This document shows positions 37,017-46,640 of a stretch of 64,000 bases of DNA, piece by piece. The DNA is from Escherichia phage vB_EcoM_LNA6. The notes under the pieces are model-generated. The model had not been told where the DNA came from. It searched no databases and worked only from the letters and a program-made list of their open reading frames with translations. Position 1 is the stretch's first letter. Each line of letters opens with the position of its first letter. The DNA lies in the sequence record OM630585.1. One strand, 5' to 3'. A program made the position numbers and the translations under genes.

Positions 37017-38994
37017 AGGTCGTAAATTGAAAGAGGCTGGTCAGTTTGTTGGTCATTGTGCATGTCCACGTTGTGGTTCATCAGATGCTGGTTCAATCTA
37101 TCATCATGACGATGATTCTTATTCGATGACTTGCTTTAGTTGTAAGAAAGGTTTCCCAGAGTGGGATTTTGATAAAGGACAAATCGTGAGCACTTATTCT
37201 ACTGGTTCAGACAATAAAAACCGTACTTTCCGTGGAATGGATTTAGACGATGTAAAAGAAAACCTAGAAGCAATGGACTTGAAAGACAGGAAGATTCCTG
37301 CAAAAGTTCTTGAGCGTTTGGGTATTAAGGTTGACATTGACAGTGATGGTGAAATTGACGCACATTTCTACCCAACTTACAAACGTAATGAAGGTGGTAA
37401 GCTAGAACATGTTGGCTACCGTGTTCGTCACCGTTACCCAGAAGACCATCCAAAAGAGCACCTACGTGGTAAGTTAAAAGACTTCTCAGGTGGTGTTGGA
37501 GACATTAAAGGTGAACTGGCAATGTTCGGTTCATGGATTGCTCCAGAAGGTGGTAACCGCCTATTCATCTGGGAAGGTGAGATGGAATGTGCGACAGCAA
37601 TCTATATGACTTCTCTTGCGATTAAGGACAAGTCTCGTCGTAAGAATTACTGTCACGTATCTGTTCCATCGGGTGCAAATATTAAATCTATCAAAGACAA
37701 CTATCAGTACATCACATCATTTGATGAGATTTACTTGTGCTTTGATAATGATGAAGCAGGTGCTAAAGCTACCAAAGAGGCTGCTGGTATCCTTCCGATT
37801 GAGAAGGTTCGTTTATTCCAGTATCCAGAAGGTGTAAAAGACCTTAACGAATGGTGGACAAAGTTCTATAAAGAGAAAGATACGGTTCTGGAAGGATTTA
37901 AGCAGCGTATCTACAATGCGCCTCGTTACTGTCCTGCTGGTATCAAGAACTTCGCAGATGGTTTTGAGGCAATGAAGAATCGTGGTCAGATTCCATTGAT
38001 TCCTTTCCCAGAATCTTTCGGAGATTTGAACAGGCTGACTTATGGTGGTTACGGTTTAGGTGAGATTACAACTCTGGCAGCACCATCTTCAGTGGGTAAA
38101 TCTGCATACACTCGTGAAATGATTTATACTGCTTGGAAAGATACCGATTACAATATTGGTGTAATTCCTGTAGAAGATACCTATGAAGAGTTGATGGAGA
38201 TGCTCTGTGCAATCCACCTGAGCAAGCAGATTTCTGAGATTCCTTATGACGAACGTGATTGGGATGAATTGAAGGAAGCACACGCAGAACTATCTAAAGG
38301 TCGTCGTATCCACATCGTTGACCATCAAGGGGCAATTGACCAAGATAACTTGCTGGAATTTGTTGACTATCTTGTTAACAGTTTAGACTGTAAGATTATT
38401 ATTCTTGACCCTATTACGTTGGCTCTGTCACGTTCAGATACGGATGAAGAGGAAGTTTTGTCTGAGCTATTGCGTCGTTGCAAACGCTACCAGTATGCAC
38501 AGGTGAACGTCTGTCACGTTCGTAAGAGTGCAGGTGGTCAGAAGGCTAACTCTGAAGGTGGGGATATCTCTGAAGAGGATATTAAAGGTTCTGGTGCGTA
38601 TTTCCAGATTTCTATGAACAACATTCTGTTAATGCGTAACAAGGTTGACCCAGACCCTGTTAAGAAAAACTTGACAAAAATCAAGCTAACTAAATGTCGT
38701 CGTCACGGTAAGTCAACGGGTATTGCTGGTCATACTTGGTACAATCCAGATACAGGACGTCTTATTAAAGCATCTGGTTGTGGAGTTGACATTGATGGTG
38801 CAGCAGAAAACATTCGCCAGCAGTTTGGTATTGGTGAAGCTGAAGACCATTATGATGATTCTTTACCGCATTATGAGGATGAAGTGTTTGACCGTGAGAC
38901 TGGTGAAGTCTATACTGAAGAGCAGCGCCAAAGCTCAACGATTCCACCTGTATTAAGTGAGGATGCAGATGACTGCCCATTCGAAACTGAGTGA
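37003..38994 (+). CDS. primase-helicase (T7 gp4-like)
   Basis: 663 aa; N-terminal Cys4 zinc-binding motif CACPRCGSSD...CFSCKKGF; helicase Walker A APSSVGKS; similar architecture to T7 gp4. Confidence 0.75.
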   Translation: MLMSKGRKLKEAGQFVGHCACPRCGSSDAGSIYHHDDDSYSMTCFSCKKGFPEWDFDKGQIVSTYSTGSDNKNRTFRGMDLDDVKENLEAMDLKDRKIPAKVLERLGIKVDIDSDGEIDAHFYPTYKRNEGGKLEHVGYRVRHRYPEDHPKEHLRGKLKDFSGGVGDIKGELAMFGSWIAPEGGNRLFIWEGEMECATAIYMTSLAIKDKSRRKNYCHVSVPSGANIKSIKDNYQYITSFDEIYLCFDNDEAGAKATKEAAGILPIEKVRLFQYPEGVKDLNEWWTKFYKEKDTVLEGFKQRIYNAPRYCPAGIKNFADGFEAMKNRGQIPLIPFPESFGDLNRLTYGGYGLGEITTLAAPSSVGKSAYTREMIYTAWKDTDYNIGVIPVEDTYEELMEMLCAIHLSKQISEIPYDERDWDELKEAHAELSKGRRIHIVDHQGAIDQDNLLEFVDYLVNSLDCKIIILDPITLALSRSDTDEEEVLSELLRRCKRYQYAQVNVCHVRKSAGGQKANSEGGDISEEDIKGSGAYFQISMNNILLMRNKVDPDPVKKNLTKIKLTKCRRHGKSTGIAGHTWYNPDTGRLIKASGCGVDIDGAAENIRQQFGIGEAEDHYDDSLPHYEDEVFDRETGEVYTEEQRQSSTIPPVLSEDADDCPFETE

Positions 38995-39250
38995 TAGTTA
39001 TAAAAGAGAGGGGTTCACACCCTTCTTTGAAGAAAAAAGTTTAAATAAATTTCAGGAAGAGTGTTTGACAAAGATTGATAGATTCTATAGAATGCTCCTC
39101 ATGAAATGCGATGGAGAGGTTGAGATAAAAGAAGATTTTCACCAGAGCATGATTACAGTCATCATTGCGCTGCCTCAGCATAATATTAGTTGGCTGTTTA
39201 TAATTAAAGAAAATGTGTTTGAATATCAAGTATATCGGAGAATATCATGA
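38957..39250 (+). CDS. hypothetical protein (start uncertain)
   Basis: ORF overlapping primase-helicase 3' end; its stop overlaps the next small ORF start (ATGA). Confidence 0.3.
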   Translation: MRMQMTAHSKLSDSYKREGFTPFFEEKSLNKFQEECLTKIDRFYRMLLMKCDGEVEIKEDFHQSMITVIIALPQHNISWLFIIKENVFEYQVYRRIS

Positions 39251-39396
39251 AACACTCTAAAGCATTTGAAAAAGTTTTTGGGGATTCCTTAAAAGCCACT
39301 GCTGGAAAACCAGCAAAATACTATGAAGAAAAACGTGTAAGAACTGGAAAAACTGCACGTAAAGCAGCTTCTAAAGATAAGCACAACTTCCAGTAA
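39247..39396 (+). CDS. small lysine-rich protein (49 aa; below ORF-track cutoff)
   Basis: ATG 39247 preceded by GGAG; translates MKHSKAFEKVFGDSLKATAGKPAKYYEEKRVRTGKTARKAASKDKHNFQ. Confidence 0.35.
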   Translation: MKHSKAFEKVFGDSLKATAGKPAKYYEEKRVRTGKTARKAASKDKHNFQ

Positions 39397-39403
39397 TTAG
39401 TAT

Positions 39404-39432
39404 TTGACAATAGAGTATCAACAAACTAGAAT
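39404..39432 (+). promoter_or_regulatory. sigma70-like promoter (TTGACA-N17-TAGAAT)
   Basis: -35 TTGACA 39404-39409; 17 nt spacer; -10 TAGAAT 39427-39432; about 35 nt upstream of SSB gene. Confidence 0.5.
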
Positions 39433-39468
39433 TGGTACTCTTCATAAATTGAGATAGAGGTTTAAATA

Positions 39469-40326
39469 ATGTCTAAAGTTGTTAAAATGAAAGCTCCGGT
39501 AGAGAAATACAATGGTACTGAACGCCAAACTCTGCGATACCTGCTGAAAGATGTCTGGTTTTATTACCTGAACACTTCACCACGTCCGGGAAAAGGTAAG
39601 TCTATTGATAAGAAATTCCCAGGCAAAGACTGTAACTACAGCGTATCAATTCTGGCAGAAGACGGTAACAAACTGTTTAAAGAGTTTACTAAGTCTAAGA
39701 AAAATCCAGAAGGCTGGGATAAAGTCACTACTGAAGCAGTTGATGCAGATGACTTCGAAGAGAAGTTTGGTTGTAAACCACCTTTTGAAGCAGACACTTA
39801 CTACATCTTGAAAGTAAGTCGTGCAGCAGCTTATAAAGATGGTGCTGTATGGACAGCTAAACAGTCATTCCCTGTGATGCTGATTGAAGAAGTAAATGGT
39901 AAGCGTGTAGCTGTTAAACAGCCGATGAAGAAAATCAAAGCTCAAGCATCTGATAAACATGAAGATGACAAGAACTATGATGTAATTCATCCAGATATTG
40001 CAGTCGGTAACGGTTCTTTTGGTAGTGTGATTCTTTCTACTCACTTCTACACTTTTGAGAACAATGTTCTGACAAAACCTATTCAGGAACAGTTTATCAT
40101 TGATACTCTTGTACCTTACACTGGTGGTAACGGTGCTAACGGTGAACCTGAACTGGATGAAGACGAACTGGCTATGCTTGGTCTTGATGGTGTCGAAGAT
40201 AACGGTGAAATCACTGAAGAAGATGCAACAGACCATAAATCTTCGAATGAGTCTGATGATGGTGATGATGAAGATTTGCCAGACCCAGATGACGAAGAAG
40301 ATGAAGACTTCGATACAGAAGACTAA
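39469..40326 (+). CDS. single-stranded DNA-binding protein (putative, acidic C-terminal tail)
   Basis: 285 aa; C-terminus is an acidic tail (DDGDDEDLPDPDDEEDEDFDTED) as in phage SSBs such as T7 gp2.5; located in replication block. Confidence 0.5.
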   Translation: MSKVVKMKAPVEKYNGTERQTLRYLLKDVWFYYLNTSPRPGKGKSIDKKFPGKDCNYSVSILAEDGNKLFKEFTKSKKNPEGWDKVTTEAVDADDFEEKFGCKPPFEADTYYILKVSRAAAYKDGAVWTAKQSFPVMLIEEVNGKRVAVKQPMKKIKAQASDKHEDDKNYDVIHPDIAVGNGSFGSVILSTHFYTFENNVLTKPIQEQFIIDTLVPYTGGNGANGEPELDEDELAMLGLDGVEDNGEITEEDATDHKSSNESDDGDDEDLPDPDDEEDEDFDTED

Positions 40327-40344
40327 TCTCTAAAAGTTACTTTA

Positions 40345-40373
40345 AAGCCCTGTACTTAGTATGGGGCTTTTTC
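40345..40373 (+). terminator. intrinsic terminator candidate
   Basis: AAGCCC ... GGGCTT stem with 13 nt loop followed by TTTTTC. Confidence 0.35.
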
Positions 40374-40388
40374 ATATGGAGAGCCATA

Positions 40389-41435
40389 ATGGAGAAGTAC
40401 ACATTAACAAAGCTTCCCGATTCAGTTACACATGTCTTTATTGACTCTGACAGTATTGCCTATAAAGGTGCTTGTGTAGTTGAGAAAGCAAAATATAAAT
40501 ATGTCAATAAACTCACAGCAGAAGAATCTGAGCCATTTGATAATGCTAAAGATGCTGCAAGATGGTTAGCAGACCAGAGAATCCTTGTGGAAGAACTTGG
40601 CCTAGCATTTGATGAAGATGAATGGGAAAGACAGACTTGGAAAGAAGCTAAGAGTGAAAAAGAGGCTATCATGGCTACTCAACAGGTTCTTCAGGAATGG
40701 CTTAAGGTTGTTGGTAAAGAGAGAACTTGGGTAGGTTACTTAACAGAGAAAGGTGTGCATAAACATAAAGACATTAAAGGTCTTGAGCACCAATATCAAG
40801 GTAACCGTAAAGATGCTGTCACACCAACACACTTAGTTGCTTGTCGTGAATATCTTCTGTCAAGACCAGAGTTCAAATTGATTCTTGATGGATTTGAAGC
40901 TGACTCTATCGTTATTGCTAAAGCTGAAAAGATGGGAAAAAAGGCTGCCTTAATGAGTATTGATAAAGACCTTCGCCAAGCTGAAGGGACTTACTGCATT
41001 GATATGACCTATGAAAAGTCGCCTTTGATTTTTATTGCTGATAACAACGTTGGTGAAATTTGGGATTGTCCAATAAAATCGACACCAAAAGCTAAGAAGA
41101 CAGTTGGGGTAGGTTTTAAATTTCTTTGTTACCAAGCTGTGGCTGGTGATAATGCTGATAATTATTTTGGTTTAAAGGGCGTTGGTAAGGCTACTGTAAT
41201 GAAAGCCCTTGAAGGTAAAACTACTTATAAAGAGTGTCTTGATGCTATCTATGAACTTTATGCTAAGAAAGAGTCCTATACTTATGTCTCGTGGGATGGT
41301 CAAACAATTACCAGAACACCTTTAGAGTTAATGCAGCAACACTTTTTCTTAGCTTATCAGGAAAGAAACAAGAAAGACGATTTCACTTTTGATAAGTATG
41401 GGTGGACACCAAATGTTAACTCAACAAACTCTTAA
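40389..41435 (+). CDS. 5'-3' exonuclease / flap endonuclease (RNase H-like)
   Basis: 348 aa; VFIDSDSIAY, ADSIVIAKAEK and MSIDKDLRQ resemble acidic clusters of T4 RNase H / FEN family; GLKGVGKATV helix-hairpin-helix-like. Confidence 0.55.
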   Translation: MEKYTLTKLPDSVTHVFIDSDSIAYKGACVVEKAKYKYVNKLTAEESEPFDNAKDAARWLADQRILVEELGLAFDEDEWERQTWKEAKSEKEAIMATQQVLQEWLKVVGKERTWVGYLTEKGVHKHKDIKGLEHQYQGNRKDAVTPTHLVACREYLLSRPEFKLILDGFEADSIVIAKAEKMGKKAALMSIDKDLRQAEGTYCIDMTYEKSPLIFIADNNVGEIWDCPIKSTPKAKKTVGVGFKFLCYQAVAGDNADNYFGLKGVGKATVMKALEGKTTYKECLDAIYELYAKKESYTYVSWDGQTITRTPLELMQQHFFLAYQERNKKDDFTFDKYGWTPNVNSTNS

Positions 41436-41913
41436 AGAATACCTGCACTATGACCCCGAAACAGGGGTCTTTACTTGGTTAGTTGGTAGAAAAGGTAAGG
41501 CCAAAGCTGGCTCAGTAGCAGGTCTTAAACATCATAGTGGTTATATCTATATAAAACTCTTCGGAAAAAGATATGCAGCACACAGACTGGCATTCTTGTA
41601 TATGAAAGGATACCTCCCAAAATTTGTTGACCACAAAAATGGTATCAGGCACGACAACTGGTTCGACAATTTGAGAGAGTGTAGCAGGTCAGACAACAAC
41701 TGCAATGCAGTCAAAAGAAAAGATAATAAGTCTGGTGTGAAGGGTGTATATTACCACAAGCAAAGAGGTAGATGGGCTGCACAAGTCAAGCATAATAAAG
41801 TATGCTACCATCTAGGTTTATTTGACTCTATCACTGAGGCTGAATCAGTTGTCAAAAAGAAAAGAGAAGAACTCCATAGAGAGTTTACAAATCACGGAGA
41901 AGCTCATGAATGA
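41413..41913 (+). CDS. HNH homing endonuclease with AP2-like domain (free-standing)
   Basis: FVDHKNGIRHDNWFDNLRECSRSDNNCN HNH motif followed by SGVKGVYYHKQRGRWAAQV AP2-like segment; start trimmed to ATG 41413; paralogue of 55455..55946. Confidence 0.7.
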   Translation: MLTQQTLKEYLHYDPETGVFTWLVGRKGKAKAGSVAGLKHHSGYIYIKLFGKRYAAHRLAFLYMKGYLPKFVDHKNGIRHDNWFDNLRECSRSDNNCNAVKRKDNKSGVKGVYYHKQRGRWAAQVKHNKVCYHLGLFDSITEAESVVKKKREELHREFTNHGEAHE

Positions 41914-42410
41914 TTAAAGTTAAAGGTTTTGGGAGTTGCCCCACTTATGGTCACTGGATTTCACTATGTGGTGAAGTTGACCCAGCAAAGCACTTTGGTT
42001 TTGTCTACCTAGTGTACTGCAAAAAGACTGGACAGTACTATTTGGGTAAGAAACAGCTTAACAGTGTGACCAAAAGAAAAGTTGCTGGGAAGACTCGGAA
42101 GAAGGTAGTCACTAAGGAGAGTGATTGGATGACTTACGAGACTTCTTCTGAGTATATTAAAAAAGATATTGAGAGCTTTGGAAAAGAATTTTTTGACTTT
42201 TACATTATTCAGACCTACTACACTAAAGGCGGTCTAGTTTATGGCGAAGCAAACCTTCAACATAAATTCGATGTAATGACAAAAAGGATTGACTCTAAGC
42301 TCAGACTCTTCTACAATGCCAATATTGCAGCAATTAAGTTTATTACTAAAGAAACTTATGAAGATGCTGAAAAAAGAATCCATAAGGTAATGAAAGCAAA
42401 TTGTGCTTGA
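41910..42410 (+). CDS. GIY-YIG-like endonuclease (putative)
   Basis: 166 aa; FVYLVYCKKTGQYYLGKK resembles the GIY...YIG motif; ATGA overlap with upstream HNH gene. Confidence 0.4.
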   Translation: MIKVKGFGSCPTYGHWISLCGEVDPAKHFGFVYLVYCKKTGQYYLGKKQLNSVTKRKVAGKTRKKVVTKESDWMTYETSSEYIKKDIESFGKEFFDFYIIQTYYTKGGLVYGEANLQHKFDVMTKRIDSKLRLFYNANIAAIKFITKETYEDAEKRIHKVMKANCA

Positions 42411-42431
42411 TAACTATTGAGAGAGAATAAA

Positions 42432-42680
42432 ATGTTTAACAAAAGCAAAGCTGTGAGTCATGTAGCAAAAGTTGACAGCAAGATTGAAGAACTTGAGCGC
42501 ATCCTTGCAAATGCTAGAGAGTCAATAATCAAAGAAGTTGAAGCTGTTGAATCTCAAATGCAGCACCTAATGCTTAAACGTCAAGAGCTACGTGAGCATC
42601 TAGAATATATTGAAACACGAGAGCTAAAAGTTAACAGATATTTTAAGGAGTCCGAATGTTTAACTCAAGAGAATCAGTAA
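42432..42680 (+). CDS. hypothetical coiled-coil protein
   Basis: ATG 42432 with GAGAGAG RBS; 82 aa. Confidence 0.4.
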   Translation: MFNKSKAVSHVAKVDSKIEELERILANARESIIKEVEAVESQMQHLMLKRQELREHLEYIETRELKVNRYFKESECLTQENQ

Positions 42681-43411
42681 AAAACTGGAACCTTCGTTGT
42701 GGAAACACTCAAAAGCAACCTTACAGTAATGAGTATTGGGAATCTTTAAAATCTCAATCTCTGTGTATGCTTGAAGAAGCAAAAGAGCTTGTAAAAGCAA
42801 TTGAAGAGAAAGACCCCATTGAGACACTGGATGCTCAGGCAGATTTACAATATGTTCTTGACGGTTTGATTTACCTGTCACAACATGACCATAACGGTGC
42901 TATGGAAGCTGTTTGCCATAATAATGACCTGAAGTACACAGATGACTATGAAGAAGCTTTAAAACGTCTTGCAGATATTGAGAAGCGTACTGGTCAAGAG
43001 TGTATTATTCGAATGTCAGTGGTTGATGGTAAAGAGTGGTATGCGATTGTCCGTGCAGCCGATGGGAAGATTATGAAGCAATCAAATCTCCCTAAAGTAC
43101 AGCTTGGTGAATACATTGTAGAGCTTGAAAGCCAAGAACTTTTTGTGGTAGTATCTGAGACATGCGTTATCTGCAAAGGTATTGTAGGTAGCTTAAAGGA
43201 TTTGGGTGTAGATGGTTTTGTAGAAGTTAATCCAATTACCTCTAAAGCAGATAAAGATTTCTGTAAAGAGAATGGACTATGGATTGCAGATATTGTCTAC
43301 TATGATGGTGAGCAGTTCCATGTAACCTCATACCCGAAACTGAATTATGATGCTAATAACCTGAAGTGCTGGTTAAAAGGGGTTGGTTATAATGGATTCA
43401 CAGAACATTAA
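42656..43411 (+). CDS. MazG-like nucleotide pyrophosphohydrolase domain protein (putative)
   Basis: 251 aa; N-terminal EEAKELVKAIEEKDPIETLDAQADLQYVLDGL resembles the MazG EExxE...D helix motif; AAGGAG RBS. Confidence 0.35.
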   Translation: MFNSRESVKNWNLRCGNTQKQPYSNEYWESLKSQSLCMLEEAKELVKAIEEKDPIETLDAQADLQYVLDGLIYLSQHDHNGAMEAVCHNNDLKYTDDYEEALKRLADIEKRTGQECIIRMSVVDGKEWYAIVRAADGKIMKQSNLPKVQLGEYIVELESQELFVVVSETCVICKGIVGSLKDLGVDGFVEVNPITSKADKDFCKENGLWIADIVYYDGEQFHVTSYPKLNYDANNLKCWLKGVGYNGFTEH

Positions 43412-43715
43412 TAAAGAGGTTGTGGCTCAGAAGAGCCACTTCTCAAACTACAATATTTCTATGACGGTGTTTATGAATGACCCGTTACTTGAGAAGTATG
43501 GTGAGACTCCAGATACACTTCTGGATAATGAACAAGTTTTAAAAGCAGTCCTGTACAAATATGGGATTGATATTGAGAAAGAGTATTCCTTTGAAATCTG
43601 CCTACACAGAAATACTTTTGGTAAAGTTGTAATGGCTCCACTCTTCATGGGTGTAGAAAGAACTGACTATGGTTGGTTATATCTAAAAAGAAACTTGGAG
43701 AAATACCGTGTCTAA
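43392..43715 (+). CDS. hypothetical protein
   Basis: ORF with ATG at 43392 (track start 43383 is TTG). Confidence 0.35.
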   Translation: MDSQNINKEVVAQKSHFSNYNISMTVFMNDPLLEKYGETPDTLLDNEQVLKAVLYKYGIDIEKEYSFEICLHRNTFGKVVMAPLFMGVERTDYGWLYLKRNLEKYRV

Positions 43716-44046
43716 AGCAAAAAAGCTATCTTATGATGATATTGTCTCAGGTGCTAAGTTAGGCGTTGACAGCCTCGGACAAGATGTTAAGCACGGGGAC
43801 ACAGTTATGTACTGTGATGACCGAAGAGGTAGAAGTGCAATCTTGTTTGGAAGAATTGTTTGCAAGATGCGAGGCAATTACGTTGTTGCAGACATGGATG
43901 TGAACGTTACACAAAAACTTGAAACACTTATGGATGATAATACATCATCATGGTTCTCCCTGAATTGTATGCACACTTCTTCAGTCACAAAAGTAAGTGA
44001 TAAGTTTTACGATATGTGGCAGAATGAGCAAATTTTCAAGATTTAA
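43708..44046 (+). CDS. hypothetical protein
   Basis: 112 aa ORF, GTG start with GGAG RBS. Confidence 0.35.
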   Translation: MSKAKKLSYDDIVSGAKLGVDSLGQDVKHGDTVMYCDDRRGRSAILFGRIVCKMRGNYVVADMDVNVTQKLETLMDDNTSSWFSLNCMHTSSVTKVSDKFYDMWQNEQIFKI

Positions 44047-44051
44047 ACTAT

Positions 44052-44075
44052 GGAGCCTCTTCGGAGGCTCTTTTC
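44052..44075 (+). terminator. rho-independent terminator
   Basis: GAGCCTC-TTCG-GAGGCTC hairpin followed by TTTT. Confidence 0.6.
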
Positions 44076-44092
44076 ATCTGTAGGATTCGAAA

Positions 44093-46327
44093 ATGATTAA
44101 GACAATTAAAAAATCAAACGGTACAGTAGTAAGCTTTGACCCAGAAAGACTGAATAAGTGGGCATCATGGGCAGATAAGCGTGGAATTATCTGGTCAGAA
44201 GTCACTATGGAAGCCATGAAGCGTGTCTATGAGGGTTGCACTACAAAAGAGATGCACCAAGCCATGATTGATGTTTGTGTTGATAAACAAACTCAAGAGT
44301 ACTCAGATATGGCTGGACGGCTACTTCTGGGGATTATCTACAAAGAAGCCTTTGGAGGCTTTACTAAGGTCCCTACGCTGGTTACCTTCGTTAAAAATAT
44401 GGAGAGAGCAGGACTTTGGGAGAAGATGGACTATTCTCAGGAAGAGCTTGAATATCTGCAAGGATACATTGTGCACTCAAAAGATATCTCTTACGGCTAT
44501 GCAGTGTTGAAACAGTTCAGAGATAAATATGGTATCCGTGATATTAAAACGGGAAGACTTTTTGAGTCACCACAATTTATGTTTATGGGTATGGCTATGA
44601 AAGCCTTTGAGAAGCAACCAAAGCACCGTAGACTGCAAGATGTTATTAAGCTGTACACTTACCTATCTGACCTGAAGATTAATGCTCCTACACCTTATCT
44701 GAATGGTTTACGTGCTACTAAGTCAGGTTATGCGTCATGCTGTTTGATTAAGGCAAATGATACTGCTGAGTCACTTGGTATTGCTGCAAAGGTTGCTTAT
44801 GATATGACTACGAAGCAAGCTGGTATTGGTATGCTGATGGAGACTCGTACTATTGGTGATGGTATCCGTCAAAACACTATCGAACACATGGGTAAACTAC
44901 CTTATTATAAGCTTGTACGTTCATCTGTAGAGGCAAACAAACAGAAGAGTCGTGGTGGTTCAGCTAATAACTTCTACACTGCTCTAGACCCGCAGATTGA
45001 AGATTTACTGCGTTTGAAGCACCCTACAACGGTTCCTTCTAAACGTATTAATGAGATGGACTACTCATTCGGCACAAATGATTATTTCTGGCAGTGTGTT
45101 CAGTATGATACAGATTGGTTGCTATTCTCTTACAAAGATGCACCAAAACTCTATGACATGTTCTACACAGCATCTGCTGATGAGTTTGCTATGGCAGTTG
45201 GTCATGCAGTACATTCAGGTGTTAAACACAGACGAGTCAAGGCTCGTGAAATTGCTAAGCTGTTTATTCAACAGCGTTATGCTACAGGTCGTGTGTATCC
45301 ATTCTTCACTAACAATGCAAACACACATACACCATTTAAAGAACCATTGAAGATGTCAAATCTTTGTATGGAAATTGTATTGCCAGTGTATGGTTTTGAG
45401 AAAGAGACAGACCTTTACAGAGACGATGCTGTGAAAGAGGATGGTGAGGTGGCTCTTTGCTTCCTAGCTAGTTTGGTTGCAGGGAGAATTTCAGAAGATG
45501 AATACGCTGACGTTGCTTATTATGCTCTTGCAATGGTTGACTCCGTTATTGACCTTATGGATTATCCGTATCCGTCGATGCGTAACCATGTTCAGAAGCG
45601 TCGTTCTGTTGGGATTGGCCTTACAAATGTGGCTCATTACCTTGCGAAGAACTACGTGAACTATTCTTCAAGAGCAGGTAAAACGAAGCTTCATGAGCTT
45701 GCTGAAATGCACTCTTACTACTTACACGAAGCTTCTTTGAGACTTGCTAAAGAGCGTGGTGTTCCAGAGTACATGAAGTTCACTAAGTATCCTGAAGGAT
45801 GGGTTCCTCCAAAAACAGCTAACAAGAAGATTGATGAAAAGCATGACGCAAAACTACGATATGATTGGGATGACTTAGCACAGCGTATCAAAGAAAATGG
45901 TGGAATCCGAAACTCTGTATTAGAAGCTTACATGCCTAATGAGAGTTCTTCACTAGCAACTAATACGACAAATGGCTTGTACCCAATTCGTGACTTTATT
46001 TTAACTAAAAAGTCTGCAACTGGTAACGTGCTGTTTATTGTTCCAGATTATGAAGAGTTGAAGTATGTCTATGAAATTGCTTGGGGTATTGACACCTTTG
46101 ACCTGATTGATTGTTATGCAATTGTTCAAAAGTTCACTGGTCAAGCTATCTCTTCAGATTTCTATGTTGACTACGCAAAAGCTAAGAAGGTATCATTGGC
46201 TCAAGCTTTGAAGTACATGATTTATGCCAACTCTGTAGGTATGAAAACCATGTACTACCTTAACAGTCGCATTGGTGTAGGTAAATCTGCACTGCAAGAT
46301 GCTTATTGCGAGGGATGTGGTGTTTAG
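44093..46327 (+). CDS. nrdA: ribonucleoside-diphosphate reductase large subunit (class Ia)
   Basis: 744 aa, typical NrdA length; N-terminal ATP-cone-like segment; followed by nrdB and glutaredoxin; call by size and context, not by catalytic motifs. Confidence 0.7.
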   Translation: MIKTIKKSNGTVVSFDPERLNKWASWADKRGIIWSEVTMEAMKRVYEGCTTKEMHQAMIDVCVDKQTQEYSDMAGRLLLGIIYKEAFGGFTKVPTLVTFVKNMERAGLWEKMDYSQEELEYLQGYIVHSKDISYGYAVLKQFRDKYGIRDIKTGRLFESPQFMFMGMAMKAFEKQPKHRRLQDVIKLYTYLSDLKINAPTPYLNGLRATKSGYASCCLIKANDTAESLGIAAKVAYDMTTKQAGIGMLMETRTIGDGIRQNTIEHMGKLPYYKLVRSSVEANKQKSRGGSANNFYTALDPQIEDLLRLKHPTTVPSKRINEMDYSFGTNDYFWQCVQYDTDWLLFSYKDAPKLYDMFYTASADEFAMAVGHAVHSGVKHRRVKAREIAKLFIQQRYATGRVYPFFTNNANTHTPFKEPLKMSNLCMEIVLPVYGFEKETDLYRDDAVKEDGEVALCFLASLVAGRISEDEYADVAYYALAMVDSVIDLMDYPYPSMRNHVQKRRSVGIGLTNVAHYLAKNYVNYSSRAGKTKLHELAEMHSYYLHEASLRLAKERGVPEYMKFTKYPEGWVPPKTANKKIDEKHDAKLRYDWDDLAQRIKENGGIRNSVLEAYMPNESSSLATNTTNGLYPIRDFILTKKSATGNVLFIVPDYEELKYVYEIAWGIDTFDLIDCYAIVQKFTGQAISSDFYVDYAKAKKVSLAQALKYMIYANSVGMKTMYYLNSRIGVGKSALQDAYCEGCGV

Positions 46328-46382
46328 TTTTAACAACTATGAGGGTCGTAAAAGACCCTCTAAAAATAACTTTGGAGAGACC

Positions 46383-46640
46383 ATGAAAGATTTAATAGAA
46401 AAACATGAGCGACCAATATACTTGCTCTACAAACCCCGCAAAGCATTGTACTATGTGAGCAGCACAGGTATCATGATAAAGCAGAATAATGACTTATGGG
46501 TCACTGGAGCTTCTTACATCTCTACAGCAGATGGTAAAATCTATGCAAGACCTTATGAGATGTTTAACAAAGAAAATTGGGAAGTTTTAGACAGAAAACA
46601 AGCCTTAGAAATGATAAAGAAAGGAGAAATCACGCTATGA
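46383..46640 (+). CDS. hypothetical protein between nrdA and nrdB
   Basis: 85 aa from ATG 46383 with GGAGAGA RBS. Confidence 0.4.
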   Translation: MKDLIEKHERPIYLLYKPRKALYYVSSTGIMIKQNNDLWVTGASYISTADGKIYARPYEMFNKENWEVLDRKQALEMIKKGEITL

